From contig CAWJCS010000006.1 in the NCBI GenBank assembly GCA_963841435.1, positions 160,001-224,000 of the forward strand: 64,000 nucleotides of DNA, in the 5' to 3' direction. The notes under the pieces are model-generated. The model had not been told where the DNA came from, searched no databases, and saw only the letters and a list, made by a program, of their open reading frames with translations. Below, in pieces: positions 10,191-19,708 of the stretch (positions are counted from its first letter, which is position 1; the number at the start of each line of letters is the position of its first letter). Both the position numbers and the translations under genes were made by a program. Source of the stretch: an uncultured delta proteobacterium (lineage in GTDB: Bacteria; Myxococcota_A; Polyangia; Polyangiales; Polyangiaceae).

Positions 10191-11592
10191 GAGCGCTGCT
10201 GCCGTGCGTGCGCATTCGGCATTGGATCTGTTCCTTGCCCTGGGGCCTCAGAGCCTTGCTCGGCTACGACCGCGAGCTCTGCGCGAAGGTCGTGAGCGCG
10301 TTCGTCGGTGAGCTCAGCCGCTCGCTCAAGAAGAGAGCGAAAGGAGAGTTCGGCCTTGCGAGCGTCGAGGATGCGCACACCGGCGCCGTCTGCACCGTGC
10401 AGAGGACGGACGGGGCTTTGCGACTAAACGTCCATCTTCATGTTCTCGCCCTCGACGGCGTGTACGTCCGCGATACGGAGAGCGGCGCGCTCGTGTTCGA
10501 GGAGCTCGGCACGCCCAGCCACGTGGAGGTACTAAACGTCGCACGCCGCACCGCCGAGCGCATCGACAGGCTGCTCGGAAAGAGCGGCCGGAGCCTCGAG
10601 CGGGAAGGGGACGAGCCCGTGCCCGAGCTCCTCTCCGACGAGCCGAGCCTGGCCTCGTGCTATGCGGCCGCTGCCCAGGGCATCAGCGTGAGCGGCGAGC
10701 GAGCGGGAAAGCCCCAGCTCAGGCTCGTCCTCGGCACTGGCGCCACTGCCGAAGGAGCCGAGCTCAACCCGGACGAGCCCGTGGCCGAGCACCTCGGCGT
10801 CAACATCCACGCCAAGCAGTCGGTCGACGGGCGTGATCGCCGGCAGCTCGAGCGTTTGTGCCGTTACATCACGCGGCCTCCTGTTGCTCAGGAAAGACTC
10901 GAGCGGCTTGCCGACGGCCAGCTCGAGCTCCGACTCAAGCATGCGTGGAAGGACGGCACGCGCGCCGTCGTGCTCGAGCCCGACGACTTGCTGGTCCGGC
11001 TCGTCGCCGCGGTGCCCCCGCCACGCTGGCATTTACTTCGCTACTTCGGCGTCCTCTCGAGCCACTCACGGCTCCGCCGAGAAGTTGTTCCGCACCCGCC
11101 CGCTGATCCGAGTGCTACCGCGCCTCCGCCTGCTCCGGGCGATCAGCTCGAGCTCGACCTCGACGCTGACGCTGACGAGCCTGCTCCGAGAAAAAGATGG
11201 GCCTGGCTGCTCAGACATGTGTTCAAGGCAGATTTGGATATTTGTCCGCGCTGCGGTGGACCGATGCGCTGGCTCGAGGCGGCGGCTACCCGAGAGTCTG
11301 CTCGTGACCTGCTCGCTCGGCTCGGGCTCGGGCCCAGGCCGCCGCCGGCTCCACCCCGCACGCCGCTCGCGCAGCTCACGCTGCCGTTCGCGAGGTGAGC
11401 CGGCTTGCGCTGGTCGCTGCGCCAGGCGAGCGTCCGCGCGTTCTGGGTTCGGGGAGCTCTGGCACCTCAGAGCCTCCTTCCGCCTCGTCCACGACAGCAC
11501 GTCCACCCCATAGGCGTGCGTTCTTACGGCCTCGCCGGCCTCGCCGTGGGCCCCGCCCGGGACCTTTTGCCAGATCGTTTCGCCTAGGCGCC
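10191..11592 (+). mobile_element. IS91/ISCR-like element copy 2 (diverged isoform, 5'-truncated)
   Basis: ORF 10208..11398 homologous to copy 1 with many substitutions; ends TTTTGCCAGATCGTTTCGCCTAGGCGCC. Confidence 0.9.
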
Positions 11593-12111
11593 GACTCCGT
11601 CGGTGGGGCGTTGATCTTCAAGGGAACGAATTCGACGATGCTCTACGCTCAGCACCTCCACAACGGCGACTCCGTGCAGGGCGACTATTTCGGCGGATCG
11701 CTGGCAGTCGGAGACTTCTTCAGGAAAGCCAGCTACCAGGGTCTCGTGGTCGGGATACCCGGTGAAACGCTCGACGCGCAGCTGCCCGAGGGCGCGATCT
11801 GGATCTACGCGGGTGGCTCGTCAACGATGGCCTCGAAATTCTACAGAAGCCAGAAGAACCTCTACTCGGTGAGCGACACGGACACCATTCTCCCGACCGA
11901 GCAGCGCGACATAGGTTTCGGCACCGCCCTGGTCTCGGGCAACTTCAACGGCGGCGGTGGCGACGAGCTCGTGGTCGGCGCTCCCACCGACGACCCCGGA
12001 CAGGACGGCAGCACCGCCGGCGCGGTGTTCGTCTTCCGATACAACTCCTTCGGCGACGCCGAGAAAATCGACCAGGTGACCACTCGCTACGGTGACAGCA
12101 GCTTCGACTGA
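11593..12111 (+). pseudogene. C-terminal fragment of an FG-GAP repeat protein
   Basis: GDYFGGSLAVGDF, LVVGIPGE, FGTALVSGNFNGGGGDELVVGAP, AGAVFVF; begins at the IS end. Confidence 0.75.
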
Positions 12112-12358
12112 GCTGTTGCTCGATCAATCGTTGCCGGAATCTTGACTGCTCGGACGACAGGCCCTAGCGCAGAGTTGGGTGGGTCGAGATATGCACTGCG
12201 CGCGACGTAGGAGCCAACGTAAACCTCGCGTTTGCCCCAGGAATCGAGAAAGAAGCGACCAAAGCTCTCCAGCTCTCGCTGAGCGCCTGAATAGGAAAGA
12301 AAGCCGTCCTCGGTGCGCGCCGTGGAACCTTGGCGACGGGCGCCCGTAATCCCGAGCT

Positions 12359-12538
12359 CCGGATGATCTCTTGGTCCGGCTCGTCGCCTCGGTGCCCCCG
12401 CCGCGCTGGCATTTACTTCGGTACTTTGGCGTCATCTCGAGCCATTCGCGACTGCGCTCAGAAGTGGTCCCGCATTCGCCCGCTGATCCAAGTGCCACCG
12501 CGCCGCCGCCCCTGCTCCGGGCGATCAGCTCGAGCTCG
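12359..12538 (+). mobile_element. Internal fragment of the IS91-like transposase
   Basis: Near-identical to copy 3 from 18841 to about 19020 (ccggatgatctcttggtcc...cagctcgagctcg). Confidence 0.85.
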
Positions 12539-12662
12539 ACGCGCCCGCTCACTACACCACGAATTCCAGGCTCACTAAAAACAGTCTGCCGTGCCTCCTC
12601 GTCCTCCCTGCTATTTCATTCGCTCCACTACCCCCCTCCTCCCCGTTGGTCTCCCTAGCCGC

Positions 12663-12692
12663 TTGACGAGGGGTCCGAGCTGGGCGTAAGAA
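12663..12692 (+). promoter_or_regulatory. Putative sigma70-like promoter of module A
   Basis: TTGACG-N18-TAAGAA; same motif and spacing upstream of the paralog at 33792. Confidence 0.5.
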
Positions 12693-12750
12693 GCTAGGTG
12701 TTGTCGCCCCGGGGAGGCGGAGGGCACGTAACGGCGCAGCGGAGGTCACG

Positions 12751-15429
12751 ATGCGAAGGTGGATGACGCCATTCCTTGGTGCTAAAGGGACCGTGGTGAT
12801 TGCCGTCCTTTCGGCGGGATGCGCTGGACGCGGCGACGATGTGGGGGGGGGTGAGACAACCTCCTACGCGCAGGACGCGATCACGGTTCCCTTCTCGCTT
12901 CCGATCCCCGTAGGTCTTCACCCAGGAAAATTGGTCCTCGGCGCTACAGGCACCATCCGGGTCAACGACCGAGCGGAGATCCTCGTACCATCTTTCGGGA
13001 TCCCGTTCGGGGACATCGCGGCGATGGGGCCAGGCGGCGAGACCAACATCGGTGTCGATGCGCGCGTGAGCAGGATCTGGGCCCGGCACTCGATTCTGTT
13101 CCGTCATCCCGCCAACGTGTCCTTTTACAAGACCTCGGCCACGGTTCAGTCGCAAGGCACGACGATGTTCGCCGATCCAGACGAGAATCGCGAGCAAGTC
13201 ACCATCCGCCAGGACCCCATCTGGACCGCGAGCTTCACGGTTCCGACCAACCAAGCGTATGTCAGCATCGAGCCCGGGTACACGGCCGCCATTACACCAG
13301 GCGACCGCGGGAACTACACCGTCAAGGGCACGCTGACACTCAACGGTGGCGGTACCTACTCCTTCGCAAGCTTCGATCTCGAGCCCACGGGCGTCGTGCA
13401 GCTCTCGGATCCAGCGAACACCACCGTCGTGGTTGGCTCCAACCTGATCCTCCACACGCAACCTGGGGCGCCGCTCTTCGGCGCAAACGGGCTCGTCTTC
13501 GCCTACCTCGGGACGTCGGCGGCGCAGGTCGAAAGAGGCTTCAAGGGGGACTTGTTCTTGGCGCCGCAGGCAGACATCAGCGTCAAGAGTCACTCGTTCG
13601 CGAACTTCTACGGCAAGAACATCACCGTGTTCGAAGGGATCCGCGTCACGGGCGTGCCCGTGCTCGGGCCGAGAGCCGTTGGACTGCTTCTACCCACAGA
13701 GTCGGTGACCGGGCTCGGCGTGATGGGTTCGGGTTTTCCGGGCGGCGACGAGATGGCCAGTGCGCTGCTGCCGCCTGCGTTCGCTCCGCAATGCAGCTCG
13801 GCGACTCCGATCGCCCTCGTGAGCCACCACTCGCGTTCTGTGGTCCGTGCGAATGTTAACCTACCCGGTGGCGCTTTCCTCAACGTTCAGGACATCACGC
13901 CCGGGTTCCCCGGCGATCCTTCCGCGTGTATCCCCACCGTGTTTCCGAATTTCTTTCAGATTGAGCCGTGGCTAGCGCCACTCTATCCGTCCACGGTGCC
14001 GGACCCGAACGCGATCGCGTACTACGGCCCGAGCCTCACAGATAACCTGATCGCGCGGCTCCCCGGAGGTCGAGCTCTGCAAGTCGGGCTCACAAGCCGC
14101 GTTTGCGCTGATCCCCCCGGGCCATTGGCGGCGGGCTGCCCTGCGATGATGTTGGAGGCGGCTGCGTGCAACCCCTTCCTGAGCCCCAACGTGTGCGCAT
14201 ATGGCGGTGGCGTGCCAGCTGACGCGAATACCGACAAGAACTGCCTTTGCGTCGACCCGGAGGGCGACGAAGTCACAGCCGGAGCGGCGTTCACCCCGGT
14301 GTGGGTCTGCCGCACGAGGCGAATTGAAGGGGGGGCACTGGCAGTACGGATGTCATCAGACTGCGGCAGTGGGTGGAACTCGGGCGCGCTGGACTTATAC
14401 CAGCTCGGGGTGACTGCGTTGCCCCCGAACCCGCCCGACGGGCTTCGGAACGTGGATAGACCTGATCTGTACGTCAACCCCTTCGATGATCGCGTCTTCG
14501 TCTCGGCGAATTGGGGCCCCGGTTTCGCGATCACGCAGAACGTCGTCGTCGAGGGCAGACCAAAGAGCGCGATGAACCCCCAGACGATGCAGTGGTCCGT
14601 GTTCCGCAACGATGCGAGTTCGGTGGCCTATGCGCCTCGAGTCATGACCACGGTCCGCGACGACCGTGCCTTACTGTCCCTGTCACCGCGGACGTACGGG
14701 CCGTTCGTCCACTTCGCGAGCGCCTATTGCATCAACGAAAGACCCATGCTCAACGTCCAGACGCCGTTCGGTCCGCGCCAATGGGACCTAGCGGGGACTA
14801 ATGCCGCACCAGAAGCGCTCTGCCGCCAGGTCCCCAAGGGTACCAACGGCATGCCCTTCTTCGGTATTCATTTCGGCCCCAGCATCGCAGCGATATCATC
14901 TTCTCCCCCGCGCTTTCTCATCGCCTATTCGGGAAAGACCGACACGGACTTTGAGCGTACCAACCTGTACGAGGTGACGCTGCGGAGCGCCGGCGGCTAT
15001 GCGGCCGCCCCGGAAATCGAGCCCCTCGCTACCTTCGTAACCGGGGCGCCGCCAAATGGACACGTGATCTTTCCCCAGCTCGTTCAGGCCGACCATCTCG
15101 CAGGGTCTGACCTCGGGTTTGATGAGCCCGTGATCCTGCGCATTGCGTCCGTGGTTGGCGACACGGTCAAAGAACATGCGTTCGGAATCTACTCGGGGCT
15201 GATCGGGCCCTCCCACCTGCTCACGACTTGGTCGCTCGCCTCCGCATTCCCGGGCCAGGTGTGCAGCGACTCCATCGACTTCGAATGCTTCGTAGGCGAC
15301 TACCGCTACGGTTCGCTAATGGACAAGTCGGGCGCCACGCTCCGATTTTTCGTGCCCTGGATTGGCGGCAACCCTGGAGGCGCGGTGAGCACCTCCATTC
15401 AGGCAGCAGTCTTCAATGTTAGCCCGTAA
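12751..15429 (+). CDS. Large secreted lipoprotein (module A): beta-rich N-domain, Cys-rich insert, Asp-box propeller-like C-domain
   Basis: Lipobox LSAGC; Asp-box-like SSDCGSGW; FVGDY near C-terminus; clear paralog at 33886-36000. Confidence 0.75.
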   Translation: MRRWMTPFLGAKGTVVIAVLSAGCAGRGDDVGGGETTSYAQDAITVPFSLPIPVGLHPGKLVLGATGTIRVNDRAEILVPSFGIPFGDIAAMGPGGETNIGVDARVSRIWARHSILFRHPANVSFYKTSATVQSQGTTMFADPDENREQVTIRQDPIWTASFTVPTNQAYVSIEPGYTAAITPGDRGNYTVKGTLTLNGGGTYSFASFDLEPTGVVQLSDPANTTVVVGSNLILHTQPGAPLFGANGLVFAYLGTSAAQVERGFKGDLFLAPQADISVKSHSFANFYGKNITVFEGIRVTGVPVLGPRAVGLLLPTESVTGLGVMGSGFPGGDEMASALLPPAFAPQCSSATPIALVSHHSRSVVRANVNLPGGAFLNVQDITPGFPGDPSACIPTVFPNFFQIEPWLAPLYPSTVPDPNAIAYYGPSLTDNLIARLPGGRALQVGLTSRVCADPPGPLAAGCPAMMLEAAACNPFLSPNVCAYGGGVPADANTDKNCLCVDPEGDEVTAGAAFTPVWVCRTRRIEGGALAVRMSSDCGSGWNSGALDLYQLGVTALPPNPPDGLRNVDRPDLYVNPFDDRVFVSANWGPGFAITQNVVVEGRPKSAMNPQTMQWSVFRNDASSVAYAPRVMTTVRDDRALLSLSPRTYGPFVHFASAYCINERPMLNVQTPFGPRQWDLAGTNAAPEALCRQVPKGTNGMPFFGIHFGPSIAAISSSPPRFLIAYSGKTDTDFERTNLYEVTLRSAGGYAAAPEIEPLATFVTGAPPNGHVIFPQLVQADHLAGSDLGFDEPVILRIASVVGDTVKEHAFGIYSGLIGPSHLLTTWSLASAFPGQVCSDSIDFECFVGDYRYGSLMDKSGATLRFFVPWIGGNPGGAVSTSIQAAVFNVSP

Positions 15430-16054
15430 GCATTTCGTTTTCGTGGCGGGTATCGGTCTAGGCGGTCTTGCTGGCGCCTCGTGTGCAGGAAAGAGCGATA
15501 GTGCAGCGCACTCAAGCGCAGGCGCGCCCGCTGCGGGGGCTGCGCTCGGTGGAAGCGGCGGCACCCCCGCCGGCGGGGCGGCGAATGGCGGGGCCGCGCT
15601 TGGCGGCGGTTCCGGAGGAGGGCACGGCGGCATTGGGGGCACTGCCGCCGATGGGGGACGCGGCGGCGGAATTGCGGGCGGGGCAGCGCAGGCGGGTAAC
15701 GGAGGCACCGGGCTCGTCGTGTGCGTCGGGGGCATCTGCGCAGGCTCCCCGAACGGGGGTGCGGCCGGAGAGTCCGCCGGCGGCGCGGGCGAGGGAAGTG
15801 GCGCCGCGGGCACGACCGGAGGAGGGGCTGCCTGGAATGGGTTGCCCGAGCAGTACGACTGCGTTCAGACGAGCGTGACCGGCTGTGCCAGCAACACGGT
15901 GGAGTACTGCTGTCCTGGCATGAGCTTGCGGAATTTCGATGCGCTCGAGCAGGCAGGTTGTGGTTGCCAGCTACCGCCGTCGCAGGTGCAACAGTGCATG
16001 GCAGACGCGTCCGACGGTGGGCTGCTGTATGGCTACCCGTGCTGCTGCGAGTAA
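15416..16054 (+). CDS. Small Gly-rich/Cys-rich lipoprotein A1
   Basis: Signal + GASC; C-domain GLPEQYDC...YGYPCCCE; 14-nt overlap with upstream gene. Confidence 0.75.
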   Translation: MLARKHFVFVAGIGLGGLAGASCAGKSDSAAHSSAGAPAAGAALGGSGGTPAGGAANGGAALGGGSGGGHGGIGGTAADGGRGGGIAGGAAQAGNGGTGLVVCVGGICAGSPNGGAAGESAGGAGEGSGAAGTTGGGAAWNGLPEQYDCVQTSVTGCASNTVEYCCPGMSLRNFDALEQAGCGCQLPPSQVQQCMADASDGGLLYGYPCCCE

Positions 16055-16665
16055 TGGCTCGCTCCACGTCGCTGTTCGCTTCGAGCAACCCGGAAGTTGC
16101 CATCGTGCTCGGGGTCGCGTTGGTGATGCTTGCGGGTCCGGCGTGCGCGGGGAAAAGCATTGGCTCCCCGGGGGTCGGAGCCGCGAGTTCGGGCGGCGAC
16201 CCAACCGGCTCGACTGGTGGCTCCGTGGGAGCCGGTGGCTCTTCAGCGGGAAAGGGCGGCACGGATGGCTCTCACGGCACCGGGGGAGGGGTCGTCATTT
16301 GCCTCGACGGCCCGTGCGGCGGGGTGAGTGGAGCCGGTGAGGCCGGTTCAATGACTGCGGGCGACGGATTTGGTGGCCGGGGCGGCGGTGACGCAATCGT
16401 TGACGTCGAGGCGGGTGCCGCCGGCGCAGGCGACGGAACGGGGGCTCGAGGCGATGGGCTGCCTGAAGAGTACGGTTGCCTCAGCCAAGAGCTCATTTAT
16501 TGCGGCTCGAGCGCCGCGAGCTACTGCTGCCCGCCACTGACTATTGAGCAGCACTCCGCACTCTCGAACGCACATTGCGCTTGCTACATGGCGCCGTCGC
16601 AGACGACGTGTCGCGCGGACCTGCCGCAGGGGGGCTGGTTCCAGGGTTATCCGTGCTGCTGCTAG
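16054..16665 (+). CDS. Small Gly-rich/Cys-rich lipoprotein A2 (paralog of A1)
   Basis: TAATG coupling at 16052-16056; GPAC lipobox; GLPEEYGC...QGYPCCC with the same Cys pattern as A1. Confidence 0.75.
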   Translation: MARSTSLFASSNPEVAIVLGVALVMLAGPACAGKSIGSPGVGAASSGGDPTGSTGGSVGAGGSSAGKGGTDGSHGTGGGVVICLDGPCGGVSGAGEAGSMTAGDGFGGRGGGDAIVDVEAGAAGAGDGTGARGDGLPEEYGCLSQELIYCGSSAASYCCPPLTIEQHSALSNAHCACYMAPSQTTCRADLPQGGWFQGYPCCC

Positions 16666-16763
16666 AGCGGAGGGCGGGGGAGCGGGAGCTGGCACTCGGA
16701 GCTAGGTCGCCATCTTGGCGCTCCGCGCGGGCGGGGCTGAGCGGCGGCAGGCGCGTCTTGGTC

Positions 16764-16950
16764 GGCGCCAAGGTGAAACGAACTGGGAAAATCGTGCTGA
16801 GGGACGGCAGCGAGCCGGGGTAGCGGGCCCCAGCGGGCCCCCCCGACGAGGATGACCGCGCCTGAGCGTAGTTTCGCGAGCGGCCTGCGAACCTCGTAGT
16901 GCGGGCGGACAGCGAGCCACTCGGGCGTGGGCAAGATCGCACCCGCCCGA
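16764..16950 (-). mobile_element. Orphan IS91-like 3' end (oriIS-like) without transposase
   Basis: Minus strand 16791-16764 reads TTTTCCCAGTTCGTTTCACCTTGGCGCC, matching the ends of copies 1-4; left extent approximate. Confidence 0.7.
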
Positions 16951-17036
16951 GCAAGACCACAATGGGGTGAACGGCCTATCCGAGTCCGAACGAGGCTAGG
17001 AAGGGTCCGCTCCCGGCTGCCTCGCGAATGAAATCG

Positions 17037-17061
17037 ACACGCCCGGCTTTCGCCGGGCGTG
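17037..17061 (-). terminator. GC-rich hairpin downstream of the rnpB fragment
   Basis: CACGCCCGGC-GAAA-GCCGGGCGTG on minus strand; weak U-tract. Confidence 0.5.
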
Positions 17062-17221
17062 GTCGCAGAGCTCGTAAGCCGGGTTCTGTTCTTCGTGCGA
17101 GTCGCCTCGCGCGAAGCGGCGGTCATTCCTCTGGGACGCGCGTCGCCGCGCGCCTCGAGCGGCCTACCCGGGAGCTCGGGCGGGCAGCCCTCGAACGCTC
17201 CTCTATGTGGCCTTGCTCCGG
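17061..17221 (-). ncRNA. rnpB: RNase P RNA (class A), 3' part only
   Basis: Minus strand has CCGGAGCAAGGCCACATAG...CCCGGGTAGGCCGCTCGAGG...CCCAGAGGAATGACCGCC...ACAGAACCCGGCTTAC; similarity stops at 17221. Confidence 0.85.
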
Positions 17222-17366
17222 ATTTGCTGCCCACCCCCGGCCTGCTCGGCGCGTGCTCGCGTGCTCGGCAGGGTCGGGGTGCTCACCGTGAGCGAGTGTC
17301 CGTCCGCCCGGCCGCACCCGGTGACGACGCCCCCGGCGGCGGCGCGGCGCGGCAGACTCGGGGGCG

Positions 17367-17703
17367 ATGGAACGCTGGACGACGGACGAGGCGCGGGAAG
17401 TTCTCGGGCGATGGCGCGCGAGCGGCGAATCGGCTCGAGCGTACGGGCGCGAGGAGGGCATCGATCCGCAGCGGCTGTTTTACTGGCGGAGGAAACTGGG
17501 AAGCGCAGCGAAACGCGGACCGAAGCGGCCCGAGCGTGCGATCGCGCGGTTGGTGCCGGCGGTGGTCCGGGTCGAGAGCGCGACGGGGGACGAGCGTGCG
17601 GTCGTCGTGCGCCTGTCGAGCGGAGTGATCGTCGAAGTCGAACGCGGCGCGCGTGCGGCCCGAGTGGCTGGCTACGCTCGTCGGCGAACTCGCGAGGCGA
17701 TGA
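17367..17703 (+). CDS. tnpA: IS66 accessory protein TnpA (frameshift near 17652)
   Basis: WRASGESARAYGREEGIDPQRLFYWRRKL HTH; directly precedes tnpB. Confidence 0.75.
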
Positions 17704-17706
17704 GCC

Positions 17707-18087
17707 GTGCTGCTCTTGCCGCGCGCCGTGCGCGTGTACGTGGGGACGGAGCCGGTTAATCTCAGAAAGTCGTTCGACGGCCTGTCGAACGAAGTCCGCG
17801 AGGTGCTCCGGCGCGATCCGCTGAGCGGGCACGTCTTCGTGTTCCTCAACCGGCGAAAGACGATGGTGAAGCTTCTTCTGTGGACTCGCGGCGGCTTCAC
17901 GATTTTGCACAAACGGCTCGAGCAGGGGCGCTTCACTTTTACGAAGAAGGTGACGAGCGAGGCGAAAAGCGTGGAGCTCGAGGTGCACGAGCTTTCGATG
18001 TTGCTCGAGGGCATCGACGCTCGCGTCGTGAGCACGCAGAAGCGCTGGGAGCCACCGCTGCACGCGCGGGCAACTGTGTCGCCGTGA
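17707..18087 (+). CDS. tnpB: IS66 accessory protein TnpB
   Basis: PVNLRKSFDGL, DPLSGHVFVFLNRR, KLLLW, KRLEQGRF, LLEGID. Confidence 0.92.
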   Translation: MLLLPRAVRVYVGTEPVNLRKSFDGLSNEVREVLRRDPLSGHVFVFLNRRKTMVKLLLWTRGGFTILHKRLEQGRFTFTKKVTSEAKSVELEVHELSMLLEGIDARVVSTQKRWEPPLHARATVSP

Positions 18088-18159
18088 CGGTACGTGATCC
18101 CACGTGACAACGCGCGATTCTTCTTGCTCCTTTCGATCGCGATGAAATAGAAACGCGGA

Positions 18160-18226
18160 GTGAGCGGAGCGACGAAGAGCACGAGCAAGGAGCGGAGGGG
18201 GCCGGCGCTCGACATGCTCAAGGAGC
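18160..18226 (+). pseudogene. Probable start of IS66 TnpC, fused to IS91-like copy 3
   Basis: Position after tnpB; about 22 codons unrelated to IS91 that join it in frame. Confidence 0.45.
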
Positions 18227-19466
18227 TCGCGCAAGCGCACACCGGCGCCGTCTGCGCCGTGCAGAGGACGGACGGGGCCCTCCGGCTCAACGTCCATCTC
18301 CACGTGCTCTCGCTCGACGGCGTCTACGTGCGCGACTCCGAGAGCGCCGCGCTCGTGTTCGAAGAGCTCGGCACGCCCAGCCACGCCGAGGTGCTCGACG
18401 TGGCCCGGCACACCGCCGAGCGCGTCGACAGGCTGCTCCGAAAGAGCGGGCGAAGCCTCGAGCGCGAGGGCGACGACGCCGTGCCCGAGCTCGTGCTCGA
18501 CGAGCCGGGGCTCGCCTCCTGCTACGCGGCCGCCGCTCAGGGCATCAGCGTGGGCGGCGAGCGAGCGGGACTGCCCCAGCTCAGGCTCGTGTTCGGCACC
18601 GGCGCCGCTGCCGAGAGAGCCGAGCCCCGCGCCGACGACCCGGTCGCCGACCACCGGGGCGTCAACGTGCACGCCAAGCAGTCCGTCGACGGCCGCGACC
18701 GACGACAGCTCGAAAGACTCTGCCGCTATGTCACGCGGCCTCCGGTTGCACAGGACCGGCTCGCTCGCCTGCCAGACGGCTCGCTCGAGCTCCGCCTCAA
18801 GCACCCGTGGAAGGACGGCACGCGCGCCGTCGTGCTCGAACCGGATGATCTCTTGGTCCGGCTCGTCGCCTCGGTGCCCCCGCCGCGCTGGCATTTACTT
18901 CGGTACTTTGGCGTCATCTCGAGCCATTCGCGACTGCGCTCAGAAGTGGTCCCGCATTCGCCCGCTGATCCAAGTGCCACCGCGCCGCCGCCTGCTCCGG
19001 GCGATCAGCTCGAGCTCGCGCTCGATGCCGACAGTGACGAGCCCGCTCCGAGAAAGAGATGGGCCTGGCTTCTCAAGCATGTGTTCGCGGCAGATTTGGA
19101 TACTTGCCCGCGCTGTTCGGGGCCGATGCGTTGGATGGAGGCAGCGGCCACCGCCGAGGCGGCTCGCAAGCTGCTCGCGCGCCTTGGGCTCGGTCCGCGT
19201 CCGCCGCCGGCACCCAACCCACCGCCGCTCGGGCAGCTCGCGCTGCCGTTCCCGCGGTGAGCCGGCCCAATCCGGCTTCGCCTTGGCCGAGCGTGCGTGC
19301 GCTTGCCGCCCCAAGACCCGAAAAGCCGGCCCTCTTCCGCTCCCCCTCCTGCTCTTTTGCCCTCTCGCCCCTCTCGCCTCCCCACCGCGGCGGGGTCAGG
19401 CGTCACCCACCAAAGCCTCCGCCCGCCCCTCACCCTCGTTTTCCCAGTTCGAATGCCCTTGGCGCC
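18227..19466 (+). mobile_element. IS91/ISCR-like element copy 3 (5'-truncated)
   Basis: Essentially identical to copy 4; transposase stop 19260; ends ...CCCTTGGCGCC. Confidence 0.9.
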
Positions 19467-19618
19467 TCGACGACAGCGGGATCCGCCTCGTGGATCAGCG
19501 CGCGCATCCGCCCGAGCATCTCCCCGCGCCAGTCGCCGAGGTCGGCGATTCTCTCGCTGATCAGCCGAGACGCGGACGCCTCTTCCTTTTTGGCCCCGGA
19601 GTGCTTCTTCGCTGCCAC
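19467..19618 (-). pseudogene. 5' fragment of a DUF1801 (YdhG-like) gene cut by the IS end
   Basis: ASRLISERIADLGDWRGEMLGRMRALIHEADPAVVE followed by IS sequence. Confidence 0.75.
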
Positions 19619-19708
19619 GGTGAAGTACGTTTCATCTTGCCGTGATCCCGCGAGAATACAAGCGCGCGCCAGACCCCGCCCGTCGGCCGCTACCCGCGCA
19701 AAAGCGGT

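Noticed and set aside
12200-12230. Minus-strand GGTTTACGTTGGCTCC resembling the oriIS motif
   Set aside because: Lacks the TTTTCCCAG part and GGCGCC; lies in an open frame that looks like an unrelated protein fragment
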